Source: an uncultured Candidatus Bathyarchaeia archaeon
Lineage (GTDB): Archaea > Thermoproteota > Bathyarchaeia > 40CM-2-53-6 > JALHTG01
Assembly (NCBI GenBank): GCA_964416035.1
Contig: CAYQCQ010000001.1
Span: 1-52,749, forward strand
Direction of reading: 5' to 3'
DNA length: 52,749 bases
The notes beneath the pieces are model-generated. The model was not told the origin of the DNA, searched no databases, and saw only the letters and a program-made list of their open reading frames with translations. Shown here one piece after another: positions 24,202-33,369 of this stretch (positions are counted from its first letter, which is position 1; each line of letters opens with the position of its first letter). A program made the translations under genes and the position numbers.

Positions 24202-25107
24202 TCACATTGCCCTTAGGATTCTGATTCTTTCTTCGATGGGTGGGTGCGTAGCGAACAGTTCATCCAAAGGGTTGCGGTTGGGATCTGAGATGAATAAGTG
24301 AGAGATTGACTCGCTGACATCCATCTTGCCCCTGTTGTAGTTCTTGATCTTCTCTAGGCCTGAAGCTAGTCCCTCAGGGTAGCGTGTAAGTTGAGCTGAG
24401 CTTGCGTCGGCAAGGAACTCGCGTCTCCGAGAGATGAAGGCTTGCACGAAGCGGCTCGCAATAGGGGCAAGGACTGCGAGCACTAGACCCGCCAAAATCA
24501 GAATGTTCAATTTCTCCTCTCGTCTTCTTTCACCGCGTCTTGCCCGAGCTCCTCCGTACCAGTACAGGCGAAGCAGTGTATGGCTCAATATCGCAGCCAA
24601 GCCGACAAGGACCGCGACAAGCGTCATGAACCTAATATCAAAGTTCTTGATATGTGAGATCTCATGTCCAACGACACCCTCAAGTTCCGTGCGGTTGAGA
24701 TGTGTTAGAGCTCCGGTCGTTACCGCAATTGAGGCATGCTCCGGATCTTTGCCGACAGCGAACGCGTTTATCTCGTCGCTTTGAACCACGTAAACCTTTG
24801 GTGGCGAGATGCCTGCTGCAAGGCTTAGTCCTTCGGCACTATTGATTAGGAAAACGTGTCTAGTCGTGTCAGCTGGCTGGGCATCTGTTGCTCTTAGCAC
24901 AATCTGATCGCCATAATTGTAGGAGATGTGCACGTGAGCAATCATGAGAAAGATTGAGAAGATAGAAAGAAGCACAGCGAACTCCGGTAGCAAGACAGAT
25001 CCGATCACGTAGACGAGTCCGATCACTAACACTACAACGAAAATTGTGAGAAAGAGGGAATCTCTCTTGTTTCTTGTTATTTGATCATGGAAGCTGATCC
25101 GCTGCAT
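24202..25107 (-). CDS. htpX: HtpX-like M48 zinc metalloprotease (membrane)
   Basis: - The zinc site is HEISHIKNFD (HExxH).
- It has four hydrophobic helices.
- The C-terminal LFATHPPIEERI motif is present. Confidence 0.9.
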   Translation of the reverse strand: MQRISFHDQITRNKRDSLFLTIFVVVLVIGLVYVIGSVLLPEFAVLLSIFSIFLMIAHVHISYNYGDQIVLRATDAQPADTTRHVFLINSAEGLSLAAGISPPKVYVVQSDEINAFAVGKDPEHASIAVTTGALTHLNRTELEGVVGHEISHIKNFDIRFMTLVAVLVGLAAILSHTLLRLYWYGGARARRGERRREEKLNILILAGLVLAVLAPIASRFVQAFISRRREFLADASSAQLTRYPEGLASGLEKIKNYNRGKMDVSESISHLFISDPNRNPLDELFATHPPIEERIRILRAM

Positions 25108-25667
25108 CAGAAGGTCACTTTAACGGGTCCCCTCTCCGCCTCAGGGATCTCGAGGTATGGTCTTTGCTCAGTTCTATCCATCATGCCTGCAAACCATCGT
25201 CCGGGCAGCGTAGAGATCACGTTATTGTACGCCAACACTGAATCGTTGTAGAATTGCCTGGCATAGGCGATCTTGCTCTCTATTCCGTCCAGTTGCTCCT
25301 GAAGGAGCTTGAAGTTTTCACTTGCTCGGAGAGCAGGGTAGTTCTCGGCAAGCGCGAAGATCGTCTTCAAAGCACCGGCCAAAGCGTTGCCCGCTTCCAT
25401 TCTTTCCTTAACGTTGCCAGCGCCAAGCATTCGCTCCCTGGCTTGAGTAACCATTTCTATGGCTTTCTGCTCGTGCTTCGTGTATCCCTTGACGGTTTCA
25501 ACGAGGTTGGGGACGAGATCTGCCCGCTTCTTGAGCTGTACATCTATCTGAGACCAAGCGTTATCGATTCTGTTGGAAAGAACAGTTATGCGATTGTAGT
25601 AGGTGAAGATCAGCGCGACCACTATGATCACAAGGATTAGTCCCGCTATCCAAATCCACAAGTCCAC
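25107..25667 (-). CDS. lemA: LemA family membrane protein
   Basis: - An N-terminal TM helix is followed by NAWSQIDVQLKKRADLVPNLVETVKGY...ENYPALRASENF..LQ.
- Its stop overlaps the htpX ATG by 1 nt (TGATG). Confidence 0.9.
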   Translation of the reverse strand: MDLWIWIAGLILVIIVVALIFTYYNRITVLSNRIDNAWSQIDVQLKKRADLVPNLVETVKGYTKHEQKAIEMVTQARERMLGAGNVKERMEAGNALAGALKTIFALAENYPALRASENFKLLQEQLDGIESKIAYARQFYNDSVLAYNNVISTLPGRWFAGMMDRTEQRPYLEIPEAERGPVKVTF

Positions 25668-25977
25668 AGTCTGTCACTTCCAAGCTATCGATCAATTTTG
25701 TTCGTATAAAAACCTTCTTCGACTTAAGAAAATAGTGACCGTTTGGAAGAGCGGGTACCAACTCTGAATAGATGGTGTTATCATTGTCCGAAACCGTTCA
25801 TTTTGACCATTAGCTATGAAAGTCTTTAATACGAGCTAACCTGCCATTAGCAACGAGCTCGAAAAAGCTGATGAAATTGAAGGAAGGTCCGAGTTCGAAG
25901 AGTGGCAAGTTCACTTTTTCTTCTCGTCTTTTCTTCGTTTTGTCGTTTAGTCTAGCTCACGGAAAGGAGGAAATGCG

Positions 25978-26247
25978 ATGGAGTATGAAGGCTCTTGCGA
26001 GAGAGGGCCCAGAAGGTTTGGTAGAGGACCCAGAAGAGGCGGCTTCAGACAGCAATCCGGGCCGGTTCCAGTGAGAGACGGTGAGGAGTACGAGGTTACC
26101 GTCGAGGCTATTGGCCGAAGAGGAGACGGAATCGCGAAGATGGAGAGCTTCATAATATTTGTCTCGGGAACCAAAACTGGCGATCACGTTAAGGTCAAGA
26201 TCACAGGAGTCGGCGGGAGCTTCGCGACTGCCAGCGTAGTTACCTAG
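25978..26247 (+). CDS. TRAM-domain RNA-binding protein with an Arg/Gly-rich N-terminus
   Basis: - PVRDGEEYEVTVEAIGRRGDGIAKMESFIIFVSGTKTGDHVKVKITGV matches the small archaeal TRAM pattern.
- GGAGG lies upstream of the ATG. Confidence 0.8.
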   Translation: MEYEGSCERGPRRFGRGPRRGGFRQQSGPVPVRDGEEYEVTVEAIGRRGDGIAKMESFIIFVSGTKTGDHVKVKITGVGGSFATASVVT

Positions 26248-26263
26248 TAGAGAGGTGAGCTTC

Positions 26264-26554
26264 ATGAAGATAATTGAACTCAAACCAGGCATGAAACGCG
26301 TAGAGATCACCGCGAAGGTGATTGAGAAGTCTGACCCTAGAGAAGTCACAACAAGGTTCGGTGACACAAGCCGGGTCGCAACCGCTGTTGTTCAGGATGA
26401 CAGCGGCACAATAAAGTTGTCACTTTGGAACGAAACCATCGACCAGGTCAATGTGAACGATACCGTAAAGATCGAAAATGGGTATGTCACAACCTTCAAG
26501 GGAGAGACCCAGCTAAACGCCGGAAGATATGGCAGGCTCAGTGTCGTAGGCTAG
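26264..26554 (+). CDS. single OB-fold nucleic-acid-binding protein (SSB/RPA-like)
   Basis: - MKIIELKPGMKRVEITAKV...VQDDSGTIKLSLWNE...VKIENGYVTTFKGETQLNAGRYG is the typical OB pattern.
- I prefer ATG 26264, with GAGGTGA upstream, over the track GTG 26255. Confidence 0.7.
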   Translation: MKIIELKPGMKRVEITAKVIEKSDPREVTTRFGDTSRVATAVVQDDSGTIKLSLWNETIDQVNVNDTVKIENGYVTTFKGETQLNAGRYGRLSVVG

Positions 26555-26895
26555 GCCTATCAGATGCTCATTGCCAATGTTTCGCCGTTGTCAGCTGAGT
26601 AGCCTGAGCTCTAGCTTGCGAAAAGTATTGACGCCAAGTTCAGAAATATTGCCGACTTCGGAATCAATGTACGTTCGGGAGACCTGCAACAATGGTGAAG
26701 CACCCTATCTCCTTGAGTAGGAGGAGAGTTGAGGGCTCTGTTCTGCCTTACCGGTCATGTGTTTCTCCAATACCAGCTATCTTCATCGCCCGACCAGATG
26801 TGTGCTCTCAGTACCAATAAACATATTGAATAGACTTAAAACGGCAGATCCAGATACTCAACGAGAAAACCGTCACAAACTCGGGTGGATCCACT

Positions 26896-27375
26896 GTGAG
26901 TTTCGATATAGAAAGCCTCAAGGAGAAAGATGTCGAAGAATCAGCTAAAGTTCTGCTTCAGTCTCTCGGCAATCAAATCTCGCCGGTTCTTCAGGATAGT
27001 AAGGCCCTCGGCCGTGCGATATATGGCCCTTACGTGATCACTCTAGTTGCAAAGAAGAAAGGGAAGATCGTTGGCATCATTAACGGCACTGCAACGGTTC
27101 AGCCGACCATAGTTTTCCTAGGGGTGACAGACCCGGAGAGTGCAAGAGAGGGCCTAGGCTCGATTCTCGTGGACAAGTTCTTAGAGCAAGTGAAAAATCA
27201 ATTTCCTAAAGTGAGCGCGGTGAGGACCACTCTGCCAGCGGACTTCCCTGAGGCCATTGCACTCTATTCCTCTAAGGGGTTTGTGGTCGGGGGATTTGTG
27301 AAAGAGGCGGCTCAAGGGCGAGATGTAGTTTTTCTCAAGAAGCCTCTCACTCGGCCTACTACTCCCGTTACGTAG
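26896..27375 (+). CDS. GNAT-family acetyltransferase
   Basis: - GLGSILVDKFLEQV resembles the acetyl-CoA loop.
- AIALYSSKGFVV is the typical C-terminal GNAT motif. Confidence 0.65.
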   Translation: MSFDIESLKEKDVEESAKVLLQSLGNQISPVLQDSKALGRAIYGPYVITLVAKKKGKIVGIINGTATVQPTIVFLGVTDPESAREGLGSILVDKFLEQVKNQFPKVSAVRTTLPADFPEAIALYSSKGFVVGGFVKEAAQGRDVVFLKKPLTRPTTPVT

Positions 27376-27504
27376 GAACTCAGCGTGCTGCGCGGGCAGG
27401 AATGGCTTGACTTAACGTCTCTGTACGATCTAGCATAGTTTGAGTCTGAGAATGCTGTCAAGTTTCGCTGTTGTTTGCACGTGACCAGGATCAACGGAGA
27501 CTCA

Positions 27505-28551
27505 TCAGTGACACTTGAGGGAGCCCAAGATCGCTCTAAGATCGCCTATTTGGCCTTTTTCCGCCTTCTCTCCTCTTAGAGGTCCGGTTTTCATACTGAA
27601 TACAAGGGTTCTTCGAGTCTTGTTGCACCACAACCCGTAGCACTCAACTATTCCGTTCTGCCCCGCTGGATCATGCCATTCGCAGATTGAAGCGCGTGCC
27701 TGATGGCCCCTAATCTTCAAGTTCTCCCTTTTCTCCACCTCTCTCAGGGCCGTATCCTGAGGGAGCATCAATGCTTGTCGCATATCTTCCCTGTCGAAGT
27801 GAGCGGAAATAGTGTGCCTGAGACTTGCAGGCGATGTCTCAGTGGTTTCAAAGGATATTGCAACGAATCCTCCTCCAGCTGATTCTTTTCTTGAGATTCC
27901 AAGTATACCTGAGCCCTCTCCACAACGCGTGGCCTCTTCTCGTAGCGAAAACCCAGGCAATAGGTCGACGCGGAAACGAAACTTGCTCGATATCAGTTTT
28001 CCGTCCTCTTTCGCCTTCTTCTCTTCCTCGTCTCTGATCTTCATCTGTTCCTCAATCTTCTGCAGTAGCTTCTCTACGTTCTGTCGCTTGTCAAAGAATT
28101 TGATGTAGTTTACACCTAGGTCTCCGAATACCGCAAGGAATGGCCCGACAAAGACCATTGCCAGTTGGCTTCCGACATAAGACATAGGTTTAATCGACTC
28201 TAGGAACATGATCGCCACCGTTTCCAATCTCCTCTTAATGACTTCCGAAGCAATTCGATCCATCATCCGTGCTTCCTCTTCAGCCGTAAGCTCTCTTGCA
28301 AATGACTCCACAATGGCTCGCCTTGTAGATACGTACGGAGAAACAACACGACCATAAAAGGTTTCGTCAACTCTTTTCGACGCGGGAAAATATGTTCGCA
28401 ACAGGATGAGAGGTGGGCTGTTGATGAAAGCTATCGCTATTATGAGCCTCGACAAGGAGATCGTTGGGTCATCTGAAGCCGAGACAAATCCCACACGGGT
28501 CCCACAAGAGAAATCATATGACTGGCAAATATCTTTATTGCTGGGCGACAT
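27505..28551 (-). CDS. hypothetical membrane-associated protein, divergent from the ChlI-like gene
   Basis: - A 348-aa ORF with hydrophobic segments (LIIAIAFINSPPLILL, SYVGSQLAMVFVGPFLAVFG).
- It also has a charged coiled segment and a Cys-containing C-terminal domain.
- The start is uncertain, because only 19 bp separate it from the chlI-like start. Met96 at 28266 is an alternative. Confidence 0.5.
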   Translation of the reverse strand: MSPSNKDICQSYDFSCGTRVGFVSASDDPTISLSRLIIAIAFINSPPLILLRTYFPASKRVDETFYGRVVSPYVSTRRAIVESFARELTAEEEARMMDRIASEVIKRRLETVAIMFLESIKPMSYVGSQLAMVFVGPFLAVFGDLGVNYIKFFDKRQNVEKLLQKIEEQMKIRDEEEKKAKEDGKLISSKFRFRVDLLPGFSLREEATRCGEGSGILGISRKESAGGGFVAISFETTETSPASLRHTISAHFDREDMRQALMLPQDTALREVEKRENLKIRGHQARASICEWHDPAGQNGIVECYGLWCNKTRRTLVFSMKTGPLRGEKAEKGQIGDLRAILGSLKCH

Positions 28552-28570
28552 TGGTTTTGTGTGATATTGG

Positions 28571-29611
28571 ATGGGCTACGAACCGCTTGTCTATCCCTTC
28601 ACTGCAATTGTTGACCAGAATGAGCTTAAGCTAGCATTGGTGCTGAACGCAATAAATCCACAGATTGGTGGCGTGTTGATAAGAGGGCAGAAAGGTACGG
28701 GGAAGAGTCTGGCTGTTAGGGCTCTAGCCGATGTCCTGCCGGAGATAGAGACGGTGGAAGGCTGTCCTTTCAACTGCAGCCCCGTGGATCCCACAAACAT
28801 GTGTGAGAGTTGTCTTCGCTTATATGCTGAGAAGAAGATTCGTGTCAATAGGAAGAAGATGAAAGTTGCTACGTTACCGGTTGGTTCAACTGAGGATCGA
28901 GTTGTTGGAAGCCTTGACATAGAGAAAGCAATAAAGGACGGAGTAAGAGCCCTTCAGCCCGGGATTCTCGCAGGAGCGAACCAGAACATTTTGTACGCTG
29001 ATGAGGTAAATCTTCTTCCAGATCATATTGTAGACTGCATCTTGGACGCGGCGGCTTCCGGGTGGAACTATGTTGAACGTGAAGGAGTCAGTGTGTCGCA
29101 TCCGTCTCGCTTCATCCTCATCGGAACCATGAATCCAGAGGAAGGTGAGCTTCGCCCACAGCTTCTGGATAGATTCCCGATTCATGTCACCGTCGAAGGG
29201 ATATTTGATGAGTCGTTGCGCGTTGAGATAATGACTCGAAATCTAGAGTTTGCCGAGGACACGGAGAGATTCGTGGAGAATTTTGAGGCGGACCAGCAGG
29301 CTTTGAGGGAGAAGATAGTCCGAGCCAAAGAGGTAATCAAGAAAGTGGTCTTCCCTTCTGGCTTGCTTAGAGCAATAGCCAGAGCCTGCATCACCCTAAG
29401 TGCTGATGGGCATAGGCCTGACATATCAACAATGAGGTCGGCGAAGACCCTAGTAGCCTTTGAAGGAAGAAACGAGGTCTTATCCGATGATGTTCTCAGA
29501 GTAGCGGTTATGGGGTTAGGTCATAGAACGAGAAGAGGCGGCCTTGAGGAACCGGCCCCCAGAGAGAAGATATTGGAAGCATTCACTGAGGCAATCAAGC
29601 AGGCAGCATAG
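28571..29611 (+). CDS. ChlI/BchI-like AAA+ ATPase (Mg-chelatase I-subunit family)
   Basis: - The N-terminus is [39 protein letters not shown].
- It has [17 protein letters not shown], Walker [10 protein letters not shown], and [15 protein letters not shown].
- It carries a C-x3-C-x8-C-x2-C insert at 28763-28813. Confidence 0.9.
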   Translation: MGYEPLVYPFTAIVDQNELKLALVLNAINPQIGGVLIRGQKGTGKSLAVRALADVLPEIETVEGCPFNCSPVDPTNMCESCLRLYAEKKIRVNRKKMKVATLPVGSTEDRVVGSLDIEKAIKDGVRALQPGILAGANQNILYADEVNLLPDHIVDCILDAAASGWNYVEREGVSVSHPSRFILIGTMNPEEGELRPQLLDRFPIHVTVEGIFDESLRVEIMTRNLEFAEDTERFVENFEADQQALREKIVRAKEVIKKVVFPSGLLRAIARACITLSADGHRPDISTMRSAKTLVAFEGRNEVLSDDVLRVAVMGLGHRTRRGGLEEPAPREKILEAFTEAIKQAA

Positions 29612-29613
29612 GA

Positions 29614-32175
29614 ATGCAGTCGCATAGCACATGGTCAAGAACTGACCGATCTTTTCCATTCTCAGCGATCGTGGGGCAGGATAAGACGAAGCTGGCGCTG
29701 ATCGTGAGCATAGTAGACCCTGAGATTGGAGGTGTCCTTCTTACCGGGCCGAAGGGAGCAGGAAAATCGCTGATGGCAAATGGCTTGGAAAGGGTTCTAC
29801 CTGAGATCGATGTTGTGGAAGGTTGCCGGTACAATTGCTCTCCAAAAGATCGAGCAAATGTGTGTCAAGAGTGTAGATCCAGACTTCAAAGAGGCGAGGA
29901 GCTGCCGTCAAAGAAGAAGAGAATGCGTATTATTCGCCTCCCGATTGGTGCAACTGAGGACAGAGTCCTTGGCGGAGTGGACCTTGAGAAAGCGGTCGCC
30001 CTTGGATTTATGGTCCTGCAGCCTGGGCTCCTTGCTGAGGCAAACCGGAACATCTTGTACGTTGATCAGATCAATCTTCTTTCCGAACATCTTGTTGACT
30101 CCTTGCTGGACGCGGCCGCGTCTGGTTGGACGCGAGTCGAGAGAGAAGGGCTGTCAACAAGCCATCCATCCCGATTCATATTGATTGGTTCCATGAATCT
30201 AGAAGAGGGAGAGCTGAGACCGCAGATAATGGATCGGTTCTCGCTCCAGGCGTCTGTCTTCTCAGAAGAGAACCTTGAGCTGAGGACGGACATTCTCAAA
30301 CGGAATATGGACTTTGATCAAGATCCTTCATCCGTCATAGAGTTGTACAAGAAAGAAGATGAGCGGCTTACAGAAGCGTTGGTTGAAGCAAGAGACCGGT
30401 TGCGGTCTGTTAAGATTCCTGAGGAGGTAAGCAAGGCCGTGGCTAGGATCTGTAGTGAGCTGAGGGTTGATGGTCATAGACCTGACATCGTTACTTTGAG
30501 GACTGCAAGAGCCATTGCGGCATACGCGGGCAGACTTGAAGTCAGCATGGAGGACATCATGTTGGCGGCCGAGCTTTCCCTAGTGCACAGGTCACGAGGC
30601 TTTGGAACATTGGGCCCACCATCGATGGAGGAGATCCGGGCTTCCCTGCAAAAGGCACTTGTCAAGGAGGCTCAGAGAGCCGTTATTCCTTCGAAGCCGA
30701 AGGTTCAAGGCGAGGTCAGGACACGACTACGGGTTCCTCAGATGGCTCTGAGGCCCGTAAGAAAACTCTCTCAGCGAGAAGTCTTGATAAAACTGATACT
30801 TGCCGTCGCTCTTCCTTTCCTGCATTTTGTGTTGGCGGTAACACTTGTTGCGTTTTTCCTCCTTTCTATACAAGGTTTCCTAGGAGTACCGTTTTCGCGA
30901 GCTATCGACACTTACTGGGTTCACTATTGGATCGCTGTTATTGGAATTTTTCTCTTCCTGATGGTGTTCCTCTATCGACGAAGGGAGACGTTGTACGTTG
31001 CTGACTTGCAGGCTCAGCAGCTTTCAAGGCTTCTTGTTGACAAACAGATCATAGCCGACGAACTATTTCCAGGTATGACATTTGATTTCTTGGAAGGAAC
31101 GCCTCCAACGTACACGATCGTGCCGCTTGAGGTTGAGGTGAAATTGCCTAAGATCGTTGCTTTCCTTGAAAAAGGGTCGAAGACCCTTTCTCACATTTTC
31201 AAGCCGTCCAGAGAGAGCTTCATCAAGAGGGAATTTGTTCCTGTGTTGGAGAGGAGAGTCCGTCCACTTAGACGATACGTTGTGGGGAAGCACTCGAAGG
31301 CTGAGACGAGAGGTCAAGTTGGAAGGTACGTCTCCTATGAGATGCCCCGAAGGGGCCATAAGGATATCGCTTTCGGACCGACAATCCGCGCTGCGGCAAT
31401 CCACTCAGAGCCGATGTGGAAGGGACGTCTCCGCGTACGGATAAGGTCCTCGGACTTGAGGGTCAAGATAAGAGAGCATAAGGTGCCTTTGTCGATTCTC
31501 TTGGTCCTCGACATGAGCGAGTCAATGATCTCGTCCCTTGACAATGTTGGCAAAGCTATCCTGAGTCTGCATAGGACTGCTTCAAGGAAACGAGACAGGG
31601 TTGGTCTGGTAGTCTTCAAGGGAAGTGAAGCAGTTCTTTTGCAGCATCCAACAAGAAACCTTCGACAGGTTGTGAAGAAACTTCTTGATCTGGGTGCGAG
31701 TGACTTCACTCCTCTTGCTGCTGGAATGACGAAAGCGCTTCAAGTCTTGAGGGTTGAGACGACTAGGAATAGAGACTCCATAGCACTCATAGTTATCATC
31801 ACTGATGGAATCGTGAATGTGCCTCTTTCGCAGCCTTTGAGCCTCTCAACTCGGAAGGATTTCACGAACTCAGCTCAGGCTGATGTTGTCGATGTGGCCA
31901 GACTGATCGCCAAGGAAGGGATCAGGACACTGATCATAAACACTGATCACCGGGAGGAACTCTTACCAAAAGATCTGCCTAGCAAGCGAAAGTGTTTGTC
32001 CCCTTCAGGGCTATTGATAGAGGTGGCTAAGATAACTAAAGGTAGGTACTACGGACTTGCCACGGAAGGGGCACAAGGTTCTCCTCAGCTCCGGCGTGAA
32101 GAAGAAGCGGTAACTCTGGCGAGGCCCTTAGTCCAGTATTTGGCCAGGGGCTCTACTAGTGCATTGTACCGTTGA
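29614..32175 (+). CDS. ChlD/BchD-like protein: AAA+ domain, hydrophobic (TM) linker and a C-terminal vWA domain
   Basis: - It starts 2 nt after the chlI-like stop.
- The N-terminal domain is paralogous to the upstream gene, with an intact Walker A (GPKGAGKS).
- The linker has strongly hydrophobic stretches at 30781-30975.
- The vWA domain has MIDAS residues DMSES (31510-31524), then ..T.. and ITDG. Confidence 0.85.
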   Translation: MQSHSTWSRTDRSFPFSAIVGQDKTKLALIVSIVDPEIGGVLLTGPKGAGKSLMANGLERVLPEIDVVEGCRYNCSPKDRANVCQECRSRLQRGEELPSKKKRMRIIRLPIGATEDRVLGGVDLEKAVALGFMVLQPGLLAEANRNILYVDQINLLSEHLVDSLLDAAASGWTRVEREGLSTSHPSRFILIGSMNLEEGELRPQIMDRFSLQASVFSEENLELRTDILKRNMDFDQDPSSVIELYKKEDERLTEALVEARDRLRSVKIPEEVSKAVARICSELRVDGHRPDIVTLRTARAIAAYAGRLEVSMEDIMLAAELSLVHRSRGFGTLGPPSMEEIRASLQKALVKEAQRAVIPSKPKVQGEVRTRLRVPQMALRPVRKLSQREVLIKLILAVALPFLHFVLAVTLVAFFLLSIQGFLGVPFSRAIDTYWVHYWIAVIGIFLFLMVFLYRRRETLYVADLQAQQLSRLLVDKQIIADELFPGMTFDFLEGTPPTYTIVPLEVEVKLPKIVAFLEKGSKTLSHIFKPSRESFIKREFVPVLERRVRPLRRYVVGKHSKAETRGQVGRYVSYEMPRRGHKDIAFGPTIRAAAIHSEPMWKGRLRVRIRSSDLRVKIREHKVPLSILLVLDMSESMISSLDNVGKAILSLHRTASRKRDRVGLVVFKGSEAVLLQHPTRNLRQVVKKLLDLGASDFTPLAAGMTKALQVLRVETTRNRDSIALIVIITDGIVNVPLSQPLSLSTRKDFTNSAQADVVDVARLIAKEGIRTLIINTDHREELLPKDLPSKRKCLSPSGLLIEVAKITKGRYYGLATEGAQGSPQLRREEEAVTLARPLVQYLARGSTSALYR

Positions 32176-32182
32176 TGAATGA

Positions 32183-32569
32183 TCAACAGGGCTTTCCTGT
32201 TGTGAACTTTCTAAGATATGCTCCAAGAATGGCTGTCAGACAGAACAATGCCAGAATCCATAAGGCATACTGAAGAGTTGTTCCTGTAAGTATTATAGAG
32301 CTGAAGGCAAAGTTCACTAGGAAAGCTGATAGAGCAGTCTTCAAACCTGTACGGAGATAGTCGCCGTTTCCTCTTCTGACGACCAGGTATCCGGCGACTA
32401 TACCTCCGAGCGCCACTGCAAAAATTGACACTATTTCCAACTCCAGGGGTAAAACTTCTTCAGGTAACAATGCCTTCACTGCGTACGTGAAGAACAGAAT
32501 AGGTGCATTTGCGAGAAATCCTCCGGCGAGGTATTCGTCGAAACCCGGCCCTTTCTTCTCCAACGTCAT
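32183..32569 (-). CDS. small four-TM membrane protein
   Basis: A 128-aa ORF with four hydrophobic segments and no recognisable family. Confidence 0.55.
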   Translation of the reverse strand: MTLEKKGPGFDEYLAGGFLANAPILFFTYAVKALLPEEVLPLELEIVSIFAVALGGIVAGYLVVRRGNGDYLRTGLKTALSAFLVNFAFSSIILTGTTLQYALWILALFCLTAILGAYLRKFTTGKPC

Positions 32570-32630
32570 TTTCCAACCGAGGATTACTTCTGACGCGGAG
32601 TATTGCGTGATCAGATGTCTTGAAAGATAG

Positions 32631-32646
32631 AATAAAAAAAGGGGGG
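32631..32646 (-). terminator. oligo-T termination signal after the membrane-protein operon
   Basis: On the minus strand, CCCCCC-TTTTTTT-ATT lies 11-26 nt downstream of the stop at 32657. Confidence 0.4.
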
Positions 32647-32656
32647 AAGACTCTTT

Positions 32657-33367
32657 CTAGGCTTTTTTCGCGCCCTTGCTTCGTTCCATGAGGACCGCAG
32701 CTGCGAGGATCAGTATTGCCACTGGTATCAGGTACCATGCCACGCCTGTGGGATAATCTAGTAGGAATTGCATTCTGCCGATCAGCAATGACATTCTCGC
32801 CATGACTGTGAAGCCGAACGCTGCTCCGAAAGCAATCATCATTGTCCATCGGCCGACATGAGAGGCGTACAGCAACGCGCCCTTCTGTTCTCTGGTGAAG
32901 ATAAAGAAGAGCAATGTTCCTATGACGCCGATTGCAATCAGGACTGCGTTGATAGGATAGTCTCCCGCATACCAAGCTGCCTTTGGATTAGTCAATGCAA
33001 TGGTTGAGCGGATTTGGTCGGTGAACTGGCTCCTCATAAGTCCGGCCATAGCGAGCCCTATTCCTGTGCCAACTACGGTTGAGATAGGTATCCTGTAGAC
33101 CCAGAAGTACTTCTTCGAGAAGAAGAAGAAGAATAGCAAACCGACGAGCATCGGTAGAATCCAGTAAGTTTCCCCTTTCGTTACTAGGGGCGTCAACGCT
33201 GTGTCCCAGATGTATTTGCTCGAAATGACGGCTCCGTGTGCGACTGCTAAACCTATGAAGACATGTTCTGCGAGTCTGTACGCTTTGTTCTCCTTGTAGA
33301 AGAAACTGTAGATCATCAACGTAAACGCGGCAGCCATTAAGGTTCCAAGAACCTCAGGTGTTGTCAT
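32657..33367 (-). CDS. polytopic membrane protein (about 7 hydrophobic segments), unknown family
   Basis: A 236-aa ORF whose start lies 2 nt after the upstream stop, making it the fourth gene of a tight operon. Confidence 0.7.
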   Translation of the reverse strand: MTTPEVLGTLMAAAFTLMIYSFFYKENKAYRLAEHVFIGLAVAHGAVISSKYIWDTALTPLVTKGETYWILPMLVGLLFFFFFSKKYFWVYRIPISTVVGTGIGLAMAGLMRSQFTDQIRSTIALTNPKAAWYAGDYPINAVLIAIGVIGTLLFFIFTREQKGALLYASHVGRWTMMIAFGAAFGFTVMARMSLLIGRMQFLLDYPTGVAWYLIPVAILILAAAVLMERSKGAKKA

Positions 33368-33369
33368 GT

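Noticed and set aside
28571-32175. I considered annotating the AAA+/vWA pair as a bona fide Mg-chelatase or cobaltochelatase (bchI/bchD, cobS/cobT).
   Set aside because: - There is no ChlH/CobN-type large subunit and no tetrapyrrole gene in the 52 kb.
- The D-like subunit has a hydrophobic linker that is atypical for chelatases.
- Only the family-level call is supported.
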